64,000 bases of DNA from Thermoplasmata archaeon (GTDB taxonomy: Archaea; Thermoplasmatota; SW-10-69-26; JACQPN01; JAJPHT01). The notes under the pieces are model-generated. The model searched no databases, was not told the origin of the DNA, and was given only the letters and a program-made list of their open reading frames with translations. Position numbers and translations under genes: made by a program. Shown piece after piece: positions 26,377-36,357 of this stretch. Where the stretch lies: contig JAXDQU010000079.1 in assembly GCA_034667685.1 (NCBI GenBank), positions 44,107 to 108,106 on the forward strand, given 5' to 3'. Position 1 is the first letter of the stretch. Each line of letters begins with the position of its first letter.

Positions 26377-28472
26377 GGCGCCGCTTCCTGGGGCTCGTCG
26401 CGATCCTCCTGGCGGGCGGCGCGGGCGCGCTCTTCGGCCTCGCGGGGCACGCGGCGTTCCTGCTGGTGTCTCACAAGGCGCTCTCGCTCAACGGCGCCCT
26501 GCGCGCGCGCTGGGACACGGCGCGCCAGGCGTGGGTGCTGGGCGCGGCGCTCCTCTCGCTCCTGCTCGCGAGCAAGGCGGCCGGGCTCCTGCGCCTGCGC
26601 GACCTCGCGCGCGACATGCTCGGCGCCGCGGTGGGCGCGGGCGCGGGCTTCCTTCTCTACGCGCTTGGCTACGTCGCGGCGGGCCATCCCACGGGCGCGG
26701 CGGGCAGCTTCTATGCGATGGACTACTGGGGCGTGCTCGACACGCTCACCGTCGCGGAGCTCGTCGCGGCGATCCTGGGCGGCGTCGTGGGGCTCATCGT
26801 CATCCGCTTCGGCTGGAAGCTCTACGGGGTGCTCGCCTACGTCGCGTTCGTGAGCATCGTGGCGGGCTACTTCGCGTACGTGTTCAACGTCGCGCTCCCC
26901 AAGGTCCCGCTGCAGGCGCTGCCGTTCAGCATCTTCCTCCTGTGGGCCGAGGGGATGAGCCTCGCGATGGTCGTCGTGCACGCCTTCTACGGGCTCGACA
27001 ACTTCGTGAAGCGCCGCTGGGAGCGCACGCCCGACAAGGTCGCGTTCAGCCGGCACTACCTGCCGCGCGTCGCGTTCCACTACGCGTGCTTCAACGAGCC
27101 GCCCGAGATCGTCTTCGACGCGCTCGCGCGCTTCAAGGAGCTGGACTATCCGAAGGACCGCTATCTCGTCATGGTGTGCGATGACAGCACCGACGAGAGG
27201 TGCCGCGCGCCCGTCGAGCAGTTCTGCCGCGAGAACGGCTTCGTCTACGTCCACCGCACGGACCGGCGCGGCTTCAAGGCCGGCGCGCTGAACAACGCCC
27301 TGCGCCTCACGCCGCCCGACGTGGAGATCATCAGCGTCATCGACGCGGACTACCACCTGGAGCCCGAGTACCTGCGCGAGACGGTGGGCTACTTCATCGA
27401 CGCGCGCCTCGGCTTCCTCCAGACGCCGCAGGATTACAGGAACGTCCACCAGTCGTTCCTCACGCGGCAATATTACTTTGCGGACGGCTACTTCTACCGC
27501 GCCATCATGCCCAGCCGGAACGAGGCGAACGCGATCAGCTTCTGTGGCACGATGGGCATGGTGCGCCGCGAGGCGCTCGAAGGCGTCGGGGGCTGGGCCG
27601 AGAAGCACGTCACGGAGGACTGCGAGCTTTCGGTCCGGCTGCTCGACGCGGGCTGGCGCTCGCTCTTCATCCCGAAGACGTTCGGCAAGGGGCTCATCCC
27701 GCCCACCTACGACGCGTACAAGAAGCAGCACCACCGCTGGGCGTTCGGCGGCGCGAAGGTGCTCAAGGCCCACCTGGGGAAGCTCATCGGCCCCAGCGGG
27801 ATGACGCTGCGCCAGCGCTTCGACTTCTTCATCTCCTGCCTGCAGTGGTTCGACGGCGTCTACACCGTCATCATCGCGGGCGCGGTCGCGGCCATCGCGA
27901 TCGGCGAGATCCGCGGCCATCCGCTGGAGATCTACCACCAGAACGAGATCGCGCTCTTGGGCCTCGTGCCGATCTTCCTCCTGCTCGACGGCTTCGCGCG
28001 CCTGCACCTCGCGCTGCGCCGCTCGATGAACCTCTCGATGTGGGGCACGCTCAAGGTGATGGGCGTCTGGTACGCGATCAAGTTCGTCCACATGCGGGCC
28101 GCGCTGAAGGCCGCGCTCGGGTTCAAGGTGCCCTTCGTGCGCACGCCCAAGGCGCCCGCGGGGCGGCCCACCGCGAGCCAATCCTTCTGGCGCGCGATCC
28201 GCCTGACGCCCTTCGAGACGGGCTTCTTCCTCGTGCTCACGAGCATCAGCGTCGCGCTCTTCGCCATGAGCTGGGGCACGTGGGGCCTCTCGAAGGTGCT
28301 CCTGGAGGTGTGGGTCACGATGTACGCGCTCGTGTTCCTCGCGGCGCCGCTCTACGCGTACAAGTCGTTCCGGACCTTCGTGCCCGACGACGAGATGCCC
28401 ACGCTGGCCGCCGGCTTCTCGCTGCGCCGCCGCTCCGCGCCCCCGAGCGTGGGGCGCGCGCCGGGGCCGTAG
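26373..28472 (+). CDS. Processive GT2 glucan synthase (BcsA/NdvB-like)
   Basis: FNEPPE, DDS, FKAGALN, DAD, QTPQDY, TED, QHHRW; many TM helices. Confidence 0.9.
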   Translation: MRRRFLGLVAILLAGGAGALFGLAGHAAFLLVSHKALSLNGALRARWDTARQAWVLGAALLSLLLASKAAGLLRLRDLARDMLGAAVGAGAGFLLYALGYVAAGHPTGAAGSFYAMDYWGVLDTLTVAELVAAILGGVVGLIVIRFGWKLYGVLAYVAFVSIVAGYFAYVFNVALPKVPLQALPFSIFLLWAEGMSLAMVVVHAFYGLDNFVKRRWERTPDKVAFSRHYLPRVAFHYACFNEPPEIVFDALARFKELDYPKDRYLVMVCDDSTDERCRAPVEQFCRENGFVYVHRTDRRGFKAGALNNALRLTPPDVEIISVIDADYHLEPEYLRETVGYFIDARLGFLQTPQDYRNVHQSFLTRQYYFADGYFYRAIMPSRNEANAISFCGTMGMVRREALEGVGGWAEKHVTEDCELSVRLLDAGWRSLFIPKTFGKGLIPPTYDAYKKQHHRWAFGGAKVLKAHLGKLIGPSGMTLRQRFDFFISCLQWFDGVYTVIIAGAVAAIAIGEIRGHPLEIYHQNEIALLGLVPIFLLLDGFARLHLALRRSMNLSMWGTLKVMGVWYAIKFVHMRAALKAALGFKVPFVRTPKAPAGRPTASQSFWRAIRLTPFETGFFLVLTSISVALFAMSWGTWGLSKVLLEVWVTMYALVFLAAPLYAYKSFRTFVPDDEMPTLAAGFSLRRRSAPPSVGRAPGP

Positions 28473-28557
28473 GCACGGACGTCACGGCCGGAACGTTCCA
28501 CTCCGTTCAACGAGCGATCCGAAACGCTTGCGGCCCCGTCCCGGTCTGGCCGCGTCC

Positions 28558-29115
28558 ATGCGAGGAATGCTTCTGGCCTTGGCCCTGCTCCTGCCGCTCG
28601 CGGGATGCGCGGCCCCTTCGACGACTCCGCAGCCCGACGTGGCGCCCGCCGCCGCCCCGCCGCCCGTGGACGCCGCCCCCACCCAGCCGCTCGCGTTCGA
28701 AGGCATGATGCCCGCCTACGCGGAGGCGTGCGGCTGGACCCCCGTCGTGGGCCAGTGCGCCGACGCGCCGCCCACCGCGGACTTCTCGAAGGCGATCTAC
28801 GAGCCCGCGCTCAACGGCACGCCCGCCGCCGCGCGCGTGACGTTCACGTGGGAGGCCGCGTCGCCGGCGAACACGCAGATGACCGGCTTCATCCAGGATC
28901 GCAGCGACCAGGGCGTCGTGGACCTGGCGTACCTGACCGGCGCGTCGCCGCTGACGCTGGAGGTCAAGGACCTGCACCTGAAGGGCAAGCTCTCGTTCGT
29001 GCTCGCGGGGCCGCTGGAGAACACGCCGGACGGGCCGGGCGGCGCCGCGGCCAGCGAGAGCCCCGCGGACCAGCCCTGGAAGCTCGCGGGAAACGTCACG
29101 CTGGCGCCGCGGTGA
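28558..29115 (+). CDS. Hypothetical lipoprotein
   Basis: LAGC lipobox. Confidence 0.7.
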   Translation: MRGMLLALALLLPLAGCAAPSTTPQPDVAPAAAPPPVDAAPTQPLAFEGMMPAYAEACGWTPVVGQCADAPPTADFSKAIYEPALNGTPAAARVTFTWEAASPANTQMTGFIQDRSDQGVVDLAYLTGASPLTLEVKDLHLKGKLSFVLAGPLENTPDGPGGAAASESPADQPWKLAGNVTLAPR

Positions 29116-30169
29116 CGATCGCGCGCAGCGCGCGCTCCAGCACGCGCACGCTGCGCTCGAAGTCCGCGATCTCGATGCGCTCGTGGGGCGTGTGGTCCAG
29201 CGTGCTATCACCCGGGCCGTACGCGACGGTCGGGCACCTCCACACCGGCGCGAGCAGGTTCGCGTCCGAGGTGCCCGTCTTGCGCACGTAGCGGGGCGCC
29301 AGGCCCTCGTCGCGGATGGCGCCCACGAAGGCGCGCGTCAGGAGCGCGTTCTTCTCGCCCAACCACGCGGGCGCCCACTCGGGCACGTCGAGCTTGGCGG
29401 CGGGCCCCGCGCGCTCGCGCAGGAAGCCCAGGAACGCGGGCGTGTCGAAGCCCGGCGGAGTGCGCGTGCTCCCCGAGAGCCTCGCGCGGACGCGCCCCGA
29501 AGGCAGCAGCTCCGTGTGGAACTCGTTGAGCTTCACGGTGGGCATCTCGAACATGCTATCACCGTGCCGCTGGCCGAGGTACATCTGCACGGCGTGCCAG
29601 AAGGCGAGGCCGCGGTCCGGGACGCTGGGATGCGGCGCGCCGGTGTGCTGCAGGTCGTCCTCGACCTCGTAGCGGATCTTCACGATCCCCTTGTAGCCCA
29701 GCGTGACGCCGTTCGTGCCAGAGGGCTCGCCGATGACGAGCGCCTCGGGGCGGTGCTTGTCCAGAAGATGTCGCGCGCCGTTCGATGGTCCTTCCTCGTC
29801 GCACGCGCCCACCACGACGAGCCGGTGCGTGTCGCAGTCGAGGAAGCGCGCGGCGGCGCACGCGAAGGCGGCGAGCGGCCCCTTGGCGTCGACCGCGCCG
29901 CGCCCGTGGAGCCAACCCCCCTCGCGCCGCACGGGGAGCGGGGGCGCCACGGTGTCGATGTGGCCCACCAGGAGGATCTCGCGCGGCCCGCGCCCCGCGA
30001 CGGCGACGGCGTTCCCGGCCGCGTCGCGATGCGCGGCAAGCCGGCGCGCGCGGCACGCATCCACGAACGCGGAGACGGCGCGCTCGGTGTCGCCCGTGAC
30101 GCTGTCGACCGCGACGAGCGCGTGCAGAAGGTCCGCGTCCTCCACGAGGGGCGCGAGGCCGCGACCCAT
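29096..30169 (-). CDS. lysK: [LysW]-lysine hydrolase (M20 family)
   Basis: LVGHIDTV, GRGAVDAKGP, GEPS, KTGTSD, YGPGDS..DHTPHE; lys operon context. Confidence 0.9.
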   Translation of the reverse strand: MGRGLAPLVEDADLLHALVAVDSVTGDTERAVSAFVDACRARRLAAHRDAAGNAVAVAGRGPREILLVGHIDTVAPPLPVRREGGWLHGRGAVDAKGPLAAFACAAARFLDCDTHRLVVVGACDEEGPSNGARHLLDKHRPEALVIGEPSGTNGVTLGYKGIVKIRYEVEDDLQHTGAPHPSVPDRGLAFWHAVQMYLGQRHGDSMFEMPTVKLNEFHTELLPSGRVRARLSGSTRTPPGFDTPAFLGFLRERAGPAAKLDVPEWAPAWLGEKNALLTRAFVGAIRDEGLAPRYVRKTGTSDANLLAPVWRCPTVAYGPGDSTLDHTPHERIEIADFERSVRVLERALRAIVTAAPA

Positions 30170-30187
30170 GAAAACGTTGTCGCCGCG

Positions 30188-30826
30188 TCAAGCGGCGCTG
30201 GGCGCGCGGAAGGCCGCGAGCATCGCCACGAACGCCACGGCCAGAAGCACGGCGGCCCACGCGGGCGGCACGACGGTGGCGATCCACCCCAGGAGCGTGC
30301 CCAGGCCGGTCCACGCGCACGACCACACGACGCACGCCACCAGCGAGAGCACCAGGAACACGCCCGGCTCCATGCCGGCCTTGCCCGAGGCGTAGGCGAG
30401 GCGGGCGCGGTCGCGCGTCGAGAACTTCGCGGCCAGGAACCGCGAGAGCGGCGCGCGGGCCAGCCCGTCGCTCAGGTCGTCCACGTCGAGCCCCGCGCGC
30501 CACCACGCGCCGTGCCGCCGCATCGTGCGCAGCGGGCGCAGGCGGTACCAGGCGTAGAACGCGACGTCCGAGAGGAACGCGCCGGCGAGCGCGGCCGCGA
30601 AGAGCGCGACGGAGGGCCCGCGCCACGCGGTCGCGATGCACGCCACGGCCGCGAAGCCGAGGTGGCCGGGCACGTAGCGCCCCCAGAGCGGCACCGCCTC
30701 CAGCGAGGCGACGAGGAAGAGGACGAGCGCGTAAGCCGCATCGGGGCCCCAGGCCGGGAACATCGTGCGCGTTGAGGCGCGGGGTGACATAAGCGCCTCG
30801 GTTTGGATGCGGACCGCAAAGCGCAC
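30188..30826 (-). CDS. DedA/VTT family membrane protein (start uncertain)
   Basis: LE...VPG, GAFLSD..FY, AKF; hydrophobic profile. Confidence 0.7.
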   Translation of the reverse strand: MRFAVRIQTEALMSPRASTRTMFPAWGPDAAYALVLFLVASLEAVPLWGRYVPGHLGFAAVACIATAWRGPSVALFAAALAGAFLSDVAFYAWYRLRPLRTMRRHGAWWRAGLDVDDLSDGLARAPLSRFLAAKFSTRDRARLAYASGKAGMEPGVFLVLSLVACVVWSCAWTGLGTLLGWIATVVPPAWAAVLLAVAFVAMLAAFRAPSAA

Positions 30827-30835
30827 CGGACGTGA

Positions 30836-32005
30836 TCAGGCACGCGCGGCCTTCGCCGTCGCCTCGACCGCGCGGTCCACCTGCGCTTCGTCCACGACCA
30901 GGGGCGGGAGATAGCGGATCGTCGTCGCCCCGGTGGGAAGGGTGAGCACGCCCTCGGCCATCAGCGCGTTGAGGACCGGCACGTTGCGGCTGCGCAGCTC
31001 CAGCCCGACCATCAGGCCGCGGCCGCGCACCTCGCGCGCCCCCTCGCCCGCCGCGCGCGCCAGGCCGTCCAGGAGGCGCGGGCCCAGCTTCGCGGCGCGC
31101 TCGGCGAGACGCTCCTCGGCGATGACATCAAGGACCGCGAGGCCGGCCGCGCAGGCGAGCGGCGAGCCGCCGAACGTGTTGCCGTGCGCGCCGGTGGGCA
31201 GCTTCGCGGCGTCGTCGGTCAGGAGCACGCCGCCCATCGGGATGCCCGCCGCGACGCTCTTCGCGAAGCAGAGGATATCAGGGGCGACGTTCTCCTGCTG
31301 GCAGGCCCAGAAGCTGCCGGTGCGCGCGAAGCCCGTCTGGATCTCGTCGAGGACGAGCAGCGCGCCGGCATCGTGCGCGATGTCGGCCGCCGCGCGCAGG
31401 TAGCCGGGCGGAGGGACCTGCACGCCGCCCTCGCCCTGGATCGGCTCGAGGACCACGGCGGCGGTCTGCGACGTGACGGCGGACTTCAGCTCCTCCTCGC
31501 TCCCGTACGTGACGTGCGTCACCGGCTCCAGGAGCGGGAGGAACGGCTCGCGGTACTCCGCCTTGTGCGTGAGCGAGAGCGCGCCGAACGTCCGGCCGTG
31601 GAACGCGCGCTTCGTGGCGACGAACCCGCTGCGGCGCGTCGTGCCGCGGGCGAACTTGAGCGCAGCCTCGATGGCCTCCGTCCCGCTGTTCGCCAGGAAA
31701 GCACGCTCCAACCCACGCGGCGCGGTGGCGACGAGGCGCTCCAGGAAGAGCGCGCGCTGGTCGTTGTGGTACGTCTGGGGCAAGCCGATCAGCCGCCCCG
31801 CCTGCTCGCGGATCGCCTCGACGACCTTCGGGTGGCAGTGGCCCACGTTGCCCACGCCGTAGTTCGCGCCGAAGTCGAGGTACTCCCGCCCCTCCGCGTC
31901 CCACAGCCGCGCCCCCGCGCCGCGCATGATGCTGATGGGGCGCTTGGGGAAGACGCCCGACTCGCGGCGCTGCTCGATCGCCTTCATCTGGTCGGTGCTC
32001 AGCAA
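30836..32005 (-). CDS. lysJ: [LysW]-aminoadipate semialdehyde transaminase
   Basis: GHCHP, NSGTEA, FHGRT, EPIQGEGG, DEIQTG, HGNTFGG; TTG start overlapping lysZ stop (alternative ATG at 31987). Confidence 0.92.
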   Translation of the reverse strand: MLSTDQMKAIEQRRESGVFPKRPISIMRGAGARLWDAEGREYLDFGANYGVGNVGHCHPKVVEAIREQAGRLIGLPQTYHNDQRALFLERLVATAPRGLERAFLANSGTEAIEAALKFARGTTRRSGFVATKRAFHGRTFGALSLTHKAEYREPFLPLLEPVTHVTYGSEEELKSAVTSQTAAVVLEPIQGEGGVQVPPPGYLRAAADIAHDAGALLVLDEIQTGFARTGSFWACQQENVAPDILCFAKSVAAGIPMGGVLLTDDAAKLPTGAHGNTFGGSPLACAAGLAVLDVIAEERLAERAAKLGPRLLDGLARAAGEGAREVRGRGLMVGLELRSRNVPVLNALMAEGVLTLPTGATTIRYLPPLVVDEAQVDRAVEATAKAARA

Positions 32006-32799
32006 ACGTGCGTGCCTCCTCCCTGGAGCGCGGCCGTGACGGGCGCGGCCGTGTTGGCCGTGGCGAAGACGATCCGCGGCACGCCAAGGTCGAGCGCCTC
32101 GCGCGCGCCGAGGATCTTCTTCTTGAAGCGCCCCTGCGCGAAGCCCTCGTAGCTCGCCAGCTCCGCGACAGGGATCGTGGGGATGAGGGAGGCGGGATCG
32201 GCGACGTCGCGCAGCAGGCCGGCGACGTTGCTGAGGATCAGCAGGTGGCTCGCCCCGAGCGCGCCCGCGATCGCGGCGGCCGCGCGGTCCGCGTCGGCGT
32301 TCACGGCCTCGCCCGCGGTGCTGATGGCGGGCACGGTGACCACCGGGAGATAGCCGTTTGATAGCAGCAGCCGCAGCAGGCCCGCGTTCACCGTCTCGAT
32401 GGTGCCGGTGTGGTCGCCGCGCAGCATGACCTTCTTGCCGTCCACGACGGCCTTGATCGCCTCCTTGCGCTGGCCTTCGAGCAGGCGCCCGTCGACGCCC
32501 GTGAGCCCGACCGCGTTGCAGCCGCGCTTCTGGAGCGACTCGACGACGCGCAGGTTGAGCTTGCCGCTCGCCATCGCGAACGCGTCGAGCGTCGCCGCGT
32601 CGGTGAAGCGCGAGACGTGGCCGCTCGCGGACGTCACGAAGCGCGGCGGGATGCCGAGCTTCTCCGAAAGCTGGTTCGTCTCGTCGCTCGCGCCATGCAC
32701 GAGGACGACGCGCTCGCCGTCCTTCCACATCTGTGCGACGTCGGCGAGGACGGCCTCGACGTCGATGCCGGCGCCGCCGCCCACTTTCACGACGATCAT
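31999..32799 (-). CDS. lysZ: [LysW]-aminoadipate kinase
   Basis: MIVVKVGG, VHGAS, SRFTD, NADADRAAA. Confidence 0.92.
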   Translation of the reverse strand: MIVVKVGGGAGIDVEAVLADVAQMWKDGERVVLVHGASDETNQLSEKLGIPPRFVTSASGHVSRFTDAATLDAFAMASGKLNLRVVESLQKRGCNAVGLTGVDGRLLEGQRKEAIKAVVDGKKVMLRGDHTGTIETVNAGLLRLLLSNGYLPVVTVPAISTAGEAVNADADRAAAAIAGALGASHLLILSNVAGLLRDVADPASLIPTIPVAELASYEGFAQGRFKKKILGAREALDLGVPRIVFATANTAAPVTAALQGGGTHVC

Positions 32800-32820
32800 G
32801 ACGTCGCCCTCCGACCCAGT

Positions 32821-32912
32821 GCTCCGCATGCGGAGACGCGGTGCGCCGCGGAGGTCGCGGAGTCCGAGAGGCGCCGCGGTCCCCGCGCGCTCCGCGTCGC
32901 CGCATGCGGAGC
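32821..32912. repeat. Periodic palindrome inside the lys operon (CCGCATGCGGAG family)
   Basis: Homologous to 15176-15267. Confidence 0.85.
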
Positions 32913-32932
32913 CGCGAAGCGTGGAAGCGCGC

Positions 32933-33973
32933 TCATGGATGCAACCCCGTGAGGTCGCCCAGGCCGGTCGTCTCGGGCAGCCCGAACGCGACGTTGAAGT
33001 TCTGGATCGCGGCGCCCGCCGTGCCCTTGCACAGGTTGTCCAGCGCGCCGAGCACCACGAGGCGGTTCGTCTCGGGGTCGAGCTCGAAGCCGACGTGGAA
33101 CTCGTTCGTGCCCGCGAGGAGCTTCGGCTCGGGGTAGCGGTACAGGCCGGTCCGCTCCTTCACGATGCGCACGAAGGGCTCGTTCTGATAGCTCGCGCGG
33201 AACGCCCTCCAGACGTCCTTCTCGGTGACGCCCGGGCGGACCCACACGTGGCTCGTGGCGAGGATGCCGCGCACCAGTTCGATCGCGTGGCACGAGAGGC
33301 CCGCGCGCAGGCCCGTCTCCTGGAGGATCTCCGCCTCGTGGCGGTGCCCGGCCGGAGCGTAGGGGCGCACGACGTCGCGCCGCTCGGGGTGGTGCGTCGA
33401 GGGGCTCGCCTCGGCGCCCGCGGCGCTGCTGCCGACCTTCGCGTCCACGACGACGGGCATCCCATCCTGGAGCAGGCCGCGGATCGGCGCGAGCGAGAGG
33501 ATCGCGGTCGTGGCGATGCAGCCCGCGCCGCTGACGAGCCTCGCGCCGCGGATCTCGTCGCGGTGCAATTCGGCGATGCCGTAGGCGCGCTGCGCGAGAA
33601 GCTCGGGGTGCGGGTGCTGCCAGCCCTTGTAGTGCTTCGCGTACGCCTCGACGTCGCGCAGGCGGAAGTCGGCGCTCAGGTCGAACACGCGGTCCGCGGC
33701 CTTGAGGTACTGCGTGATCGCCGGCGCGCTCGTGCCGTGCGGGCCGCAGAGGAACACCGCATCGACGTTGCGCGTCAGCGCGTCCTCGTGCCGGTGGAAC
33801 GTCATCTCCGGCGCCGGGCCGCGCAGGTTCGGGTGGACCGTCTTGACCTTCTCGCCCGCGAATCGGTTGCTCGTGGCGTACGCGACCTCGATCTCGGGGT
33901 GCCGGAGCGCGAGGCGCAGCAGTTCGCCGCCGCCGTAGCCGCTCGCGCCGACGATGCCGATCTTGAACGTCAT
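32933..33973 (-). CDS. lysY: [LysW]-aminoadipate phosphate reductase (ArgC family)
   Basis: [35 protein letters not shown]. Confidence 0.93.
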   Translation of the reverse strand: MTFKIGIVGASGYGGGELLRLALRHPEIEVAYATSNRFAGEKVKTVHPNLRGPAPEMTFHRHEDALTRNVDAVFLCGPHGTSAPAITQYLKAADRVFDLSADFRLRDVEAYAKHYKGWQHPHPELLAQRAYGIAELHRDEIRGARLVSGAGCIATTAILSLAPIRGLLQDGMPVVVDAKVGSSAAGAEASPSTHHPERRDVVRPYAPAGHRHEAEILQETGLRAGLSCHAIELVRGILATSHVWVRPGVTEKDVWRAFRASYQNEPFVRIVKERTGLYRYPEPKLLAGTNEFHVGFELDPETNRLVVLGALDNLCKGTAGAAIQNFNVAFGLPETTGLGDLTGLHP

Positions 33974-34824
33974 CGCTTCGCCACCTCGACCACGTGGTCG
34001 ATGATGTGGCCCGGGATGTCGACGCCGGTGGGCGCGACGCTGTTCTTGAACTCCATCGTGTGGTTGACCTCGTGGCACGTCAGGCCATCCGCGGTCTCCA
34101 TGAGGTCCATCGCCAACACGCCACCGCCCACGGCGCGGGCCGCGCGCTCGCAGATGTCCTGGATCTCGGGCGTCACGGGGCAGTTGCTCGCGCGGCCGCC
34201 CTGCGCGGTGTTGGTGATGAAGTGCTGGTCGTTGGTGCGGTAGATCGCCGCGACGACGCGGTCGCCGACCCAGAACGCCCGGATGTCACGGCCCGGCTTG
34301 TCGACGTACTCCTGCGCGTAGGTGATGCCGTGCTGCACGGAGCCCAGCACGCGCTTGTGCTCCAGGAGGGCGAGCGCCGTCTCGCGGTCGGGCGCCTTCG
34401 CAATGAGCCGGCCCCACGAGCCCACGGTGGGCTTGAGCACGGCGGGATAGCCCGCGGACTCGACGGCGCGCAGGCTGCTCTCCTCCTCGAACGCGAGGTA
34501 CGTGCGCGGCGTGGGCACGCCGGCGCGCGCGAGGAGCATGCTTGTTAGCGCCTTGTCGCCGCAGTTGACCAGCACGTCGTGCGGGTTCACGCAGCGCATG
34601 CCGTAGCTCTGGAGCGCCATCGTGACGTAGTGGCTCGCGTAGTACGAGATGCCGCGCTCCAGGAAGGCGTCGAAGCCGAGCAGCTCCTTCGGCGGCTCGT
34701 GCACCGGCAGGACCAGCTCGCGGTCGTCGATGGGCACCAGCTCCACGCCGCGCTGGGCGGCGGCGTCCATGAGCATCTTCTCGTCGTTGCGGATGCGGCT
34801 CCAGATCAGGCCGATGCGGACCAT
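33970..34824 (-). CDS. lysX: Alpha-aminoadipate--LysW ligase (ATP-grasp)
   Basis: [36 protein letters not shown]. Confidence 0.95.
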   Translation of the reverse strand: MVRIGLIWSRIRNDEKMLMDAAAQRGVELVPIDDRELVLPVHEPPKELLGFDAFLERGISYYASHYVTMALQSYGMRCVNPHDVLVNCGDKALTSMLLARAGVPTPRTYLAFEEESSLRAVESAGYPAVLKPTVGSWGRLIAKAPDRETALALLEHKRVLGSVQHGITYAQEYVDKPGRDIRAFWVGDRVVAAIYRTNDQHFITNTAQGGRASNCPVTPEIQDICERAARAVGGGVLAMDLMETADGLTCHEVNHTMEFKNSVAPTGVDIPGHIIDHVVEVAKR

Positions 34825-35967
34825 TCAGATCACCTTCACAAGCTCGCGCATGGCGCAGAGGTCCTCGTGGATCCTCCTGAGATCGTCGTCGCTCGCGTCG
34901 TTGACGTGGCGGCGCTTGACGTAGGCGAGCACGAGGTCCACGATCTCGTCGCTCGCGTCCAGGCCCAGCGCCTCCAGGCGGTGCTTCACGGTGGGGCGCC
35001 CCGCCATCTTGTCGACCACGAGCCTCCGGGTGCGGCCGACGAGGTCGGCGGGGATGCTCTCGTAGTGCTGCGGGTTGAGCAGCACCGCCGCGACGTGGAG
35101 CCCCGCGTTGTGCGTGAACGCGTTCGCGCCGACGATGGGCGCCTGCCGCCACGTCGGGATGCCGCTGGCGCGCTCCACCTGCTCCGAGAGCGCGGGGAGG
35201 CGCTCCAGCCTCCAGTTTGCCTCCACCTCCCCGCGCAACCGGAGCGCCACCGCCATCTCCGCCAGGGGCGCGATGCCGGTGCGCTCGCCCAGGCCGTTGA
35301 CCGTGACGTCGACGACGCTCGCGCCGGCCTCCACGGCGGCGAACGAGTTGGCGACGGCCATGCCCAGGTCGTTGTGGCAGTGGACGCCGATCGCGGTCCG
35401 GCTCGGCACGGCCTCCCGCAGCGCCGAGACGAAGCTGAACATGCGCGAAGGCGTCATGTGCCCGGTGGTGTCCGCGACCCCGATGCGGTCCGCGCCGGCC
35501 TCCGAGGCGGCGTTCGAGATGCGGATCACCTTCGCCAGGTCGGAGCGCACCGTGTCCTCGGGCGTGTAGCGCACCTTCAGGCCGTGGGCCTTCGCGTACG
35601 CCACGCAGTCCTGGATCAGCGAGATCGCCTGGTCGATGTCCTTGCGGAACTGCTCCTCCAGGCGCTTGTCCGCGACGCTGAAGAAGATGCCGACCCAGTC
35701 CGCCTCCGTCTTGAGGACCAGGTCGATATCACTCTTCAGCGCGCGCGAGTGCGCCACGATCTCCGCGTCGAGGCCCAGCCGCGCGACCTCCCGCGTCGCG
35801 CGGAAGACCTCGTCGGAGACCGCGGGGTGCCCCGCCTCGATGAAGTCGATGCCGAACGCGTCCAGCTCCCGCGCGATGGCGAGCTTCTGCTCCAGCGTGA
35901 ACGACACGCCGGGCGTCTGCTCGCCCTCACGCAGGGTGCTATCAAGGAGCTGGACGCGCCGCGCCAT
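34825..35967 (-). CDS. Homocitrate synthase
   Basis: DSTLREGEQ, HCHNDLG, NGLGER, HNAGLH; operon context. Confidence 0.88.
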   Translation of the reverse strand: MARRVQLLDSTLREGEQTPGVSFTLEQKLAIARELDAFGIDFIEAGHPAVSDEVFRATREVARLGLDAEIVAHSRALKSDIDLVLKTEADWVGIFFSVADKRLEEQFRKDIDQAISLIQDCVAYAKAHGLKVRYTPEDTVRSDLAKVIRISNAASEAGADRIGVADTTGHMTPSRMFSFVSALREAVPSRTAIGVHCHNDLGMAVANSFAAVEAGASVVDVTVNGLGERTGIAPLAEMAVALRLRGEVEANWRLERLPALSEQVERASGIPTWRQAPIVGANAFTHNAGLHVAAVLLNPQHYESIPADLVGRTRRLVVDKMAGRPTVKHRLEALGLDASDEIVDLVLAYVKRRHVNDASDDDLRRIHEDLCAMRELVKVI

Positions 35968-35968
35968 C

Positions 35969-36130
35969 CTACTCGCCCCAGTCCTCGGCGACCTCGGGAG
36001 CGGGCTCCAGGGTGATCGGCGTCAGGTTGCGGACCTCCAGCTCGAGGCCGCAGTCGGGGCAGTCGACGATCTCGCCGACGACGGGGTTGCGCAGCGCGAT
36101 GTCGGCGCCGCAGTCTAGGCATTCGGTCAT
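35969..36130 (-). CDS. lysW: Amino-group carrier protein LysW (53 aa, not in ORF track)
   Basis: MTECLDCG...CPDCGLELEV...APEVAEDWGE. Confidence 0.95.
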   Translation of the reverse strand: MTECLDCGADIALRNPVVGEIVDCPDCGLELEVRNLTPITLEPAPEVAEDWGE

Positions 36131-36357
36131 GGGCACACCGGTCGACGGATTTCGCAGCCATGTTGCTGGAATCCGACTTGCGAGGCGCCGAAAGCGTAGG
36201 CTCGATATGTAGTTTTGGCCGATTCCAGGGATTTGGCTGCGACCCTCGCGCCCGGGTCGGAGTTTCGCCCCACCCCCCGCCGCTCCGCCAAGCTGCCGGC
36301 CCTTGTGCGAGAATCGTATTCGCGGCTTCGGCGCCGCGGAGCACGGGGAAGACCGGC

